This document shows, one piece after another, positions 56,996 through 64,000 of a stretch of DNA of 64,000 nt; position 1 is the first letter of the stretch; each line of letters starts with the position of its first letter. The notes beneath the pieces were generated by a model, which searched no databases, was not told the DNA's origin, and saw only the letters and a program-made list of their open reading frames with translations. Origin of the DNA: a virus. The position numbers were made by a program, and so were the translations under genes. The stretch covers positions 4,222 to 68,221 of IMG/VR virus record IMGVR_UViG_3300022542_000792. One strand, 5' to 3'.

Positions 56996-59215
56996 TTACA
57001 ATGATCTCGGACTGCGTCCGCGTTCACCTCGTTTTGTTCGCATTTCTCGTTTCATACGAGCTTGTTCGTCAATTGATACTTTTCCATCCGCAGCAATTTC
57101 AGCTAGAGTTTGAACTTGCGTATTAGAAAATTTATTAGCTTGTTCGTTTGATATTTTTAATTCCATAAGAAGTGCTGCAATATCTTTAAGTTGTGGATTT
57201 TCTATATTTGCGTTTGCAGCATTAAGTTTGGATTGTACTTCAGCAAATTGTGGAGTATAAGATTTGTCTGTATATGTTGCACCTGTTAATTTAGCTATCG
57301 ATGAACCAATCAATTCACCCAAATTATCTGCTAATCCAAAAGATGCAATATCACCAATATTTCTGAAGCCTGATACAATATTATTAGTGATTTGACTCAT
57401 CATACCTTTTCCAAACATAGCCTCGCCCATCTTGTTAGCATTTTCTGATGTTTGTTTTGCAGTTTCTGAGAATGTTTCAACTACTCCACCTGCGACAGCT
57501 AATACAGATCCAATTTTTGCCACACTTTTGAGCATTCCACCAGCCACTCTTGCCATACCACCAGGTCCTTTGCCTTTCTTTCCAAACATATCCATTATTC
57601 CGCCTGCTCCCATCGCCATTCTAATTTGGAGTACAGTTGCACCAATGAATGAAACACCAGCAAGGATACCTGTCAATAATGGATTCACTGCTAGGTTAGT
57701 AACCCATTTCTGTATACTACCAACCAGCGCTGTGGTTTTAGGATATTCTTCTGCCATCGTTTTAGTATTCAGTGCAGTTTCTGCACCAGATGATGCTACT
57801 TCAGTTAAATTCTTTTCAAATGGACTACCTGGACCTAACAATCCTTCCATACCAGATTTCTGAAGCATAGCTGAAGCAAAGAAGTCACCAGATAATGATT
57901 CTTGTTGTGTTTCAGAAACTCTAGCATTTACTTTTGCCATTGTTTCAGCAAGTTTTTTATCTTCAGGTCCAGTCCGTACACGCTTACGCATCAATGCAGC
58001 AGTTTCAGCTCCACCACCAATTCCCATTGCCCCCATCATCATTTGCATCTTAGCTGCGGCCTTCAATCGTTCTTTTGGTCCTTTGCCAGCCATTTGATCC
58101 AATGCTGCCGCTGCCCGTTTAGCTTGTTCAGTATTCATTCCCATAGCTAATAGGTTTTTGTGACGTTCCATTGTTTCTTGTATAATTATTCTGCGTTGTT
58201 TTTGGGATGCTGCACCCATTAATTTCCAACGAATTGTTTGATCTTCAGTAAGGTCTTTCATCATTCGTCCGGTTTCTTCAAACGTCGCACCAGATATTTT
58301 TTGGATGTCTTTAAAAGTTTTTCCGAGTGGTCCTAGATTTCCAGAAGCATCCATAAACGCATCTGTTGTTGGTTGAATACCAGCTCTAACTAATGTCATC
58401 ATACCATCAGCCATAAATTGAGTAGTTGTATCCAAATCACCAATATGTCCGAACATACTTGATTGTATAGCTGATACCTGCTTAGACCATTTAGCAGCCC
58501 CACCCATAACACTTACAGCTTGACGAGTAGAAGCTTGAATTTCGGATAAACGAGCTGGGTCAATACCTAGACTCATTGCATTTGACATATTTGACCAAAC
58601 GCCCTCGGTTACATCGGTACCATATTTCATCGCAGCTTTAAAATCATTGAATCCTTGATATGCTGCTTTAACTACAAGGAACTTAGCTGTTCTAAAGGAA
58701 AAGGCTGTCTCCATGAATGAAGATACCATTTCTTTAGAACCAGATACTACATCCTTTTTTGCTTGATTAACACTTTCACCAAATGTTTTAATTCCATCAC
58801 GATTCCGTTTATACTGCACATTAAGTGATCTTAGTTTATCCCAACTTTGTTGCTGTGTTGCCTTTCCTGAGCTAAATTGTTTTGCTACTGATATGTAAGT
58901 GTCGCCAAGGATTTCTTGTTGTTTGTTTAATTTACGCAACGCTATGGTTCGTTGAGCACGGGCGGTTTTATCCCCCTTTATTACTGCTTCATGGGCTTTA
59001 ATATACTGCCTTAATATCTTTATACTATCTTTTTCAGCTTTAATTTTGTTACGGGTGATAGGGTCCATGACACCACCACCGTCACCAGCGCCAGCACCAC
59101 CTGTAAATACACCAGCTTCTTTAAATTTTCTTGCAAAGATTGTTGCCGCACCTTCTATTTCAGGTCCCGCGAGTTTTGTGAATATACTATCTGCCATTAT
59201 ACTGTTTCCTAACAA
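56996..59215 (-). CDS. Probable tape measure protein
   Basis: 739 aa helical, Ala/Gly/Met-rich with hydrophobic segments; divergent from baseplate hub genes; likely start MADSIF. Confidence 0.55.
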   Translation of the reverse strand: MLGNSIMADSIFTKLAGPEIEGAATIFARKFKEAGVFTGGAGAGDGGGVMDPITRNKIKAEKDSIKILRQYIKAHEAVIKGDKTARAQRTIALRKLNKQQEILGDTYISVAKQFSSGKATQQQSWDKLRSLNVQYKRNRDGIKTFGESVNQAKKDVVSGSKEMVSSFMETAFSFRTAKFLVVKAAYQGFNDFKAAMKYGTDVTEGVWSNMSNAMSLGIDPARLSEIQASTRQAVSVMGGAAKWSKQVSAIQSSMFGHIGDLDTTTQFMADGMMTLVRAGIQPTTDAFMDASGNLGPLGKTFKDIQKISGATFEETGRMMKDLTEDQTIRWKLMGAASQKQRRIIIQETMERHKNLLAMGMNTEQAKRAAAALDQMAGKGPKERLKAAAKMQMMMGAMGIGGGAETAALMRKRVRTGPEDKKLAETMAKVNARVSETQQESLSGDFFASAMLQKSGMEGLLGPGSPFEKNLTEVASSGAETALNTKTMAEEYPKTTALVGSIQKWVTNLAVNPLLTGILAGVSFIGATVLQIRMAMGAGGIMDMFGKKGKGPGGMARVAGGMLKSVAKIGSVLAVAGGVVETFSETAKQTSENANKMGEAMFGKGMMSQITNNIVSGFRNIGDIASFGLADNLGELIGSSIAKLTGATYTDKSYTPQFAEVQSKLNAANANIENPQLKDIAALLMELKISNEQANKFSNTQVQTLAEIAADGKVSIDEQARMKREMRTKRGERGRSPRSL

Positions 59216-59294
59216 AGTCTTGTTTCAACGTATTTATACGTTGTACAACAATGATTTTTTTGGTATAAATAATGTCAGATAGGAGATAATTATA

Positions 59295-60119
59295 ATGACA
59301 GATAACAATGAAGCACAAGTACCTGCAATGGAACCACTAAAACCAGTAAATCCTCTTTTGGAACGAGCTCGGATGCCTGGTGGGACGTTCACTTTACCAT
59401 CACAAGGACTTTTTTACAAAAAAGGCGAATTGTCACCTGACGTCAAAAATGGTGAGGTTCATGTTCATCCAATGGTGACTTTGGATGAAATTATATTGAA
59501 GACTCCAGATAAGTTATTCTCTGGAGATGGAATCGTTGAAGTATTCAAGCGGTGCATTCCACAAATTAATGACCCAATGCAACTACTTGCAAAGGATGTT
59601 GATTTTCTGATGGTTTGTTTGCGTAAGGTGACATATGGTGATGAGATGGAAATTACGTATACTCATGATTGTGAAGAAGCCAAAGAACATAGTTATATGA
59701 TTCCAGTTAATGATTTCATACAAAAAAGTAAAAGGATTGACCCCACAACATCTGGTAAACTATTTTCATTAGAATTAGATAATGGCCAAGTTTTAAAATT
59801 ACGACCAGCTAATTTAAAGAATGTATTAGGCATCTACCAATCAACAATGAATGTTGATGATGAAAGCATTGATACGATTAGTAAAAATATATTTGATACG
59901 ATGGTAGCAATGATTGAATCTGTTGATGGTATAACCGATAGTGAAATGATATCCGAATGGGTACGAACAATATCAGCAGGATGGGTACATCAAATTGGTG
60001 ACACTATTGATAAGGTAAGTGATTGGGGACCAACGTTTGATGTAACAATTAAATGTAAAGATTGTGGAAAAGAAATGACAATCAACACTCCAATTAATCC
60101 ACTAGCTTTTTTTATGTAA
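59295..60119 (+). CDS. Baseplate hub assembly protein (gp26-like)
   Basis: LPS.G.FY, M...DEI..KTP, DVD..LR..TYG and CKDC motifs. Confidence 0.75.
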   Translation: MTDNNEAQVPAMEPLKPVNPLLERARMPGGTFTLPSQGLFYKKGELSPDVKNGEVHVHPMVTLDEIILKTPDKLFSGDGIVEVFKRCIPQINDPMQLLAKDVDFLMVCLRKVTYGDEMEITYTHDCEEAKEHSYMIPVNDFIQKSKRIDPTTSGKLFSLELDNGQVLKLRPANLKNVLGIYQSTMNVDDESIDTISKNIFDTMVAMIESVDGITDSEMISEWVRTISAGWVHQIGDTIDKVSDWGPTFDVTIKCKDCGKEMTINTPINPLAFFM

Positions 60120-60343
60120 TGCTGAAATCAGGTAACCAAGAAGAAATTACTAAAATGTTTCGTTCTATGGAAGGAGAAGCGAAAGCAATTGTTAGTAATA
60201 TTATCCAACTTGTTTACTTTATGAGAGGTGGAATACAATACGATGATATGATGTATCGGACACCAGGTGAAAGAGATTTATTTGAAAGATTTATATCAGA
60301 TAGAATGGAACAAGAAAAAAATAACATGTATCCTCAATATTGA
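60119..60343 (+). CDS. Small baseplate hub assembly protein (gp51-like)
   Basis: YFMRGG..Y..M....ER pattern; TAATG-coupled to gp26-like gene. Confidence 0.6.
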   Translation: MLKSGNQEEITKMFRSMEGEAKAIVSNIIQLVYFMRGGIQYDDMMYRTPGERDLFERFISDRMEQEKNNMYPQY

Positions 60344-60365
60344 TTTCAGCACTATCCCAAAAATA

Positions 60366-60390
60366 AAGGCCGCTTTAAGCGGCCTTTTTT
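60366..60390. terminator. Bidirectional terminator between convergent genes
   Basis: aaaggccgct-tta-agcggccttttt. Confidence 0.8.
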
Positions 60391-61963
60391 ATAATAAACG
60401 ATAAGAGTCTCGCCACCACGTTGGAACCATTGCATTCGTTTGTGAATACAAGTACGCCCAACTAGCATCTAAAATATAAACGTTTCCTTTATCATCCGAT
60501 GAACGAACAATACGTCCTCCACCTTGAATAACATCAATTACAGCTCTACGCTGATACCATGATTGAGACATCTCCAAACGCTTCTTAATCCATTGGTCGC
60601 CTAAGAAACCAAAAGGTACTTTAGCAAAGATAGCAAACCGTCCCAAATCACCAACCAAGTCTAACCCTTCGGTAATGCTTGGAGATATTAGTACTGTTGG
60701 TTTAGGTGTAGTCATATACTGATTAATGATAGCATTCCTATCATCACCACTATCAGGATTATGATGCAATACTTGTTGTGGTACAGAATATTCTAATTCC
60801 TCAACTAACCATTTTGCAATTTGGAAATTAGCAGTATGTATAATACCAGACTCTGCATTGTGTAATTCAAGGATGTCGGTAATAGTGGATAACATCTCCT
60901 TTCTGCCATTTGCATTTTCATCATTCTTCCATGCTGCATTCATTTTCATTTGTGGCATATAAAATATAGGACGGTTTTCTGTTGGGAATTCAGAATCCAA
61001 TGATAAGAAAGCAACATCGTTAATATTAATTCCAAGATCACGACAGAATCCTTTATGGTCAAGAATGGTAGAAGACATGAATAAGAACTTATCTGCCATT
61101 GGTTCAACTATGTTTTTAAATCCATGAGCACCAGTAATTCGTTTGAATTTCATCATTGTCTTGTCATGGACCAAAACAAAGTTTTCTTCTACATCCATTA
61201 ATGGCATAGCCAAAAATTCTGATACATCATCAATGTGGTCTTCAAGTGAATTATATTCACGAAGTAATTTAATATCTCGTTGTGTTAGGTCACTACTTCC
61301 TTTGTCAAGGAGAGGTTCTACTATATCAAATTGTTTCTTTAAGAATTCATTAGCGGCAGGAATATATGTGTCTTTTAACCACTTATGTGCATACTTGATT
61401 GTGATTTGAGGACGCCATTTAATACCAAATTTTTCTGCTCTTTTTTCATATACAGCAATTGCATTGAATTCGGTTAGGTGTTCTTCAACTGTATGGCATT
61501 CATCAAGAACCATAAGTTGTCTTGGTTTAAATACTTCAGTATACCCAAATAGCAACAATGCTAACTTATAATTAAATACAGCATTTGGTTTTGCTTTGGT
61601 TTGTGCCTTAGCCCGCTCATAAGGACAACTATCACATCTAGGTTTAACAATGCTTCCTATGTCACAAGTTGTGTGTTTTTGATTGCAAGGATAATTGGAT
61701 TTGCCATATAACGAACCAATTGATTTGTCATCTAATGTCCGTTCGTATTGCTCCTGAAGAATGCGCTGAGGAGTTAGGATAAATGAATTTCCTGTGCGAC
61801 CAGATAGATATCGAGAGTATGTCAGTCCTATTAAGGACTTACCTGAACCAACTGGTGCTTCAAGTATAATGTATTTGGCATCCTGGTTTTCAATCCATTC
61901 TAATGCCTTGATTTGGTTTGGTCTAGGTGGCGATTTAATCGGCCAGAAGTCTAATATGCTCAT
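60389..61963 (-). CDS. DinG/Rad3-like SF2 helicase
   Basis: APVGSGKS, four-Cys cluster, DECH, SSTI, EGLD, KVPF and QGGGRIVRS..D.G...LD motifs; start likely MSILDF. Confidence 0.88.
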   Translation of the reverse strand: MSILDFWPIKSPPRPNQIKALEWIENQDAKYIILEAPVGSGKSLIGLTYSRYLSGRTGNSFILTPQRILQEQYERTLDDKSIGSLYGKSNYPCNQKHTTCDIGSIVKPRCDSCPYERAKAQTKAKPNAVFNYKLALLLFGYTEVFKPRQLMVLDECHTVEEHLTEFNAIAVYEKRAEKFGIKWRPQITIKYAHKWLKDTYIPAANEFLKKQFDIVEPLLDKGSSDLTQRDIKLLREYNSLEDHIDDVSEFLAMPLMDVEENFVLVHDKTMMKFKRITGAHGFKNIVEPMADKFLFMSSTILDHKGFCRDLGININDVAFLSLDSEFPTENRPIFYMPQMKMNAAWKNDENANGRKEMLSTITDILELHNAESGIIHTANFQIAKWLVEELEYSVPQQVLHHNPDSGDDRNAIINQYMTTPKPTVLISPSITEGLDLVGDLGRFAIFAKVPFGFLGDQWIKKRLEMSQSWYQRRAVIDVIQGGGRIVRSSDDKGNVYILDASWAYLYSQTNAMVPTWWRDSYRLL

Positions 61964-61970
61964 GGGAACC

Positions 61971-61999
61971 ATTATACAGTAACCCTTAACGGAAATCAA
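61971..61999 (-). promoter_or_regulatory. sigma70-type promoter (likely leaderless transcript)
   Basis: TTGATT-17 nt-TATAAT with extended TG; ATG starts 8 nt after the -10 box. Confidence 0.65.
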
Positions 62000-62405
62000 G
62001 GATTACTTCGTAATAACAACACCACTGGCTTCGCCATTGTTGCAGTTATTAATTGACATCTAAAAACAAATTATATAATATAGTTATAGTCCTAATCCCC
62101 CGTTTAGAAAATTTAAAACATTTTCAAGGGTACCAAAACGGTAACAGCGCCCTAATAGCCTACTATCATAACAGAACCCTTATGCGGTATTATACAGATC
62201 TTTTTAATTGCTTTACTTTCATCTACTACGGAATCTTATTTCTCGTCTCGAATTCAACGCGCAATTTTAACAAACATCATGTTCGTAGGGACCTCGACAA
62301 TCTGCTAATTTAATAGCCAGATGCACAGCCAGTCATAAAGAATGCTCTTCACAACATATCCACCAGTTAGCTGGTACTCTTCTATCTTATCTGTGATAGG
62401 ATTTA

Positions 62406-62630
62406 TTATATGTTAGATTTTATATCTTCGCTTCTGATAATATCATTTGGATATCTGGAATTATGTTCGCTTCTATATTGTTCTATTCTATCTAAAATTC
62501 GTTTCTGTTCTTTATTATCTAATTCTGTTCGATGTATACTTAAAAATGTATTCAATTTTGACCAATGGCAATATCCCTGTTTTTCAGCAAATAGTTTATC
62601 TATCTGAGCGCTTAAGCCCATACCATCCAC
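62406..62630 (-). CDS. Small hypothetical protein
   Basis: 74-aa ORF; start uncertain. Confidence 0.4.
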   Translation of the reverse strand: MDGMGLSAQIDKLFAEKQGYCHWSKLNTFLSIHRTELDNKEQKRILDRIEQYRSEHNSRYPNDIIRSEDIKSNI

Positions 62631-62662
62631 TTTCTGTGTAATGTCATATTGTTCACTAAATG

Positions 62663-63202
62663 TTATTTACTCTTTTTCCTGGCTTTTTTCTTTTTCTTTG
62701 GTTTATCAAAGCCTTCCGACTTAAATTCTGGATTGCTGACTGTCTTTGCAATATAATATGCATCAGTCAAATCAAGCATTCCAGTTGATTTCTTCAACCC
62801 CATTTCTTCCAATAAAGTTTTTATTTTTTGGGGTAATAGTTCATACATCTCCATTTTATCAGCTTTACCACTACCAGTCGCTACCTTCTTCACGGTTCTT
62901 GGTGAAACTACTATACATTCTTTATTATGCAATTCTCGTAGAATACAAACTATAACAAACTGTAACCCTGCTAAATCCCTAGTAGCATCACCACGCATAC
63001 CAAATGCTAGTCCTTCTAATGCTACAATATCTGGCTTGTGTAACTCAACAAGTTTTCCAATATGCTGTGCAATATCCCAAGCTCTCGCTGGCTTATCCTT
63101 CGTAGCATCCGATACAAACTTCTCAGCGTGTATTACATTGTCTTCTTCTAGTATTATTAAACCACTACAAGTATACGATTGATCAATTCCAAAAATTTTC
63201 AT
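62663..63202 (-). CDS. ruvC: RuvC-like Holliday junction resolvase
   Basis: GIDQS, VALEG, VKKVATGSGKADK.EM and D.TDAY.IA motifs. Confidence 0.88.
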   Translation of the reverse strand: MKIFGIDQSYTCSGLIILEEDNVIHAEKFVSDATKDKPARAWDIAQHIGKLVELHKPDIVALEGLAFGMRGDATRDLAGLQFVIVCILRELHNKECIVVSPRTVKKVATGSGKADKMEMYELLPQKIKTLLEEMGLKKSTGMLDLTDAYYIAKTVSNPEFKSEGFDKPKKKKKARKKSK

Positions 63203-63229
63203 AAATATCCTCTTTCAGATATTTATTCG

Positions 63230-63619
63230 CTAATCTTGGGAGATTCCCTTCATTGCTCTTTCGAATGCTGTTTGTAAATCAGATTCATTGGCGTTAATCG
63301 AAATAGGGATATATACGAACTCAGCTGATTTGTTAGGTTTAATTGTTACATCAATTGAAGTTTCTCCATATCCAACCGATACAGCAAAGTTGTCAATAGC
63401 ACCCCTATCCTTCATATTATCTAGGAATGATTGTGTATACATTTCAACTGAATTTGCTATGCAAGCTCTTGTTGCCTCATCATTTATTTCGAATTTGTAT
63501 TCATCCAACACTGTTTCGATTTGTTGTTTAAGATACACCATAGTTCGTTGTATGTCTACCTTATCCCATGGTGATTGTAATCTTTGATCTGCACCAACAT
63601 CTAAATTATAACTAGACAT
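63230..63619 (-). CDS. Stand-alone tail-sheath C-terminal-domain paralog with FERAMK tag
   Basis: Aligns to C-terminus of sheath 41321..43432; ends TAFERAMKGISQD. Confidence 0.75.
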   Translation of the reverse strand: MSSYNLDVGADQRLQSPWDKVDIQRTMVYLKQQIETVLDEYKFEINDEATRACIANSVEMYTQSFLDNMKDRGAIDNFAVSVGYGETSIDVTIKPNKSAEFVYIPISINANESDLQTAFERAMKGISQD

Positions 63620-63960
63620 TATTGATCCTCCACTATTTTCATTGCTCTTTCGAATGCTGCAATGTCATTTGAATTTCTGCCTTCTTTGACAGGAACCCAA
63701 GCTTCCATCGTCATCCACCCAGTATCATCCATTCTCATTCTACGACAAACAAATTCAGCACATAATTGTTTACTAGTCTCAAAAGTGTTTGGGTCAATGT
63801 AATCAATTAGCTTTTCTGAATTTGGTGTTCTTTTTATAGAATACCAACCATGTTGTTCACCATTAGCTTTCATTAATTTGCCTGTAACTAAATCAGCATT
63901 GTCATCACCTTCAATAAAAAATGGCTGTCCTTCATATTTGTCTCTTTCAATGATTTTCAT
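63619..63960 (-). CDS. Small protein with FERAMK tag (weak similarity to capsid C-terminus)
   Basis: TAATG-coupled on both sides; ends AAFERAMKIVEDQ. Confidence 0.65.
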   Translation of the reverse strand: MKIIERDKYEGQPFFIEGDDNADLVTGKLMKANGEQHGWYSIKRTPNSEKLIDYIDPNTFETSKQLCAEFVCRRMRMDDTGWMTMEAWVPVKEGRNSNDIAAFERAMKIVEDQ

Positions 63961-64000
63961 TATTCTATTGTCTTCATTGCATTTTCGAATTTGCTAACTA
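63960..64000 (-). CDS. 3' end of a gene ending in the FENAMK tag (truncated by window end)
   Basis: Manual translation ..VSKFENAMKTIE*, TAATG-coupled to next gene. Confidence 0.65.
   Translation of the reverse strand, partial: VSKFENAMKTIE

Noticed and set aside
62053-62313. 86-aa + strand ORF
   Set aside because: TTG start coincides with a -35-like hexamer, no SD, atypical composition.
1818-63587. Many short antisense or alternative-frame ORFs in the six-frame track (e.g. 1818-2138, 7053-7568, 40368-40931, 57432-57863)
   Set aside because: They overlap well-supported genes, lack SD/promoter context and read as antisense shadows.
1-64000. Stop-codon reassignment, as in some large phages
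   Set aside because: Core genes are full length in the standard code, and TAA, TAG and TGA all terminate genes at sensible positions.
1-64000. CRISPR array, tRNA or rRNA genes, IS elements, introns/inteins in terL, helicases or recombinase
   Set aside because: No regularly spaced repeats, cloverleaf-like sequences, transposase motifs or size anomalies seen by eye; tRNAscan/Infernal not run.

Overview
This is an AT-rich 64-kb fragment of a large T4-like (jumbo-type) myophage genome using the standard genetic code, with most genes on the minus strand. The core morphogenesis block comprises TerL/TerS, head completion, tail tube, sheath, gp13/14/15-like neck proteins, major capsid, scaffold, prohead protease, portal, probable tape measure and baseplate hub. 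Replication/recombination genes include a DnaE-type polymerase split into two distant genes, clamp loader, UvsW, UvsX, UvsY, gp32-like SSB, a DinG-like helicase and RuvC. There are also large fibre/virion proteins, sigma70-type early promoters and T4-type (T)ATAAATA late promoters. Three peptide-level motifs stand out. (1) Five otherwise dissimilar small proteins in two distant clusters share a C-terminal tag F-E-[RN]-A-M-[KS]. At least two of them carry clear fragments of the phage's own structural proteins (portal, tail sheath; possibly also capsid and tube), making this a candidate tagged structural-mimic/decoy system. (2) A [GSATV]-G-S-P motif occurs 27 times in 11 outer virion proteins, often as loop insertions and encoded by diverse codons, making it a candidate virion-wide modification sequon. 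(3) T4-like N-terminal capsid-targeting leaders occur on several proteins, including a PD-(D/E)XK nuclease and a cupin. All functional calls come from by-eye motif recognition; no database searches were run.
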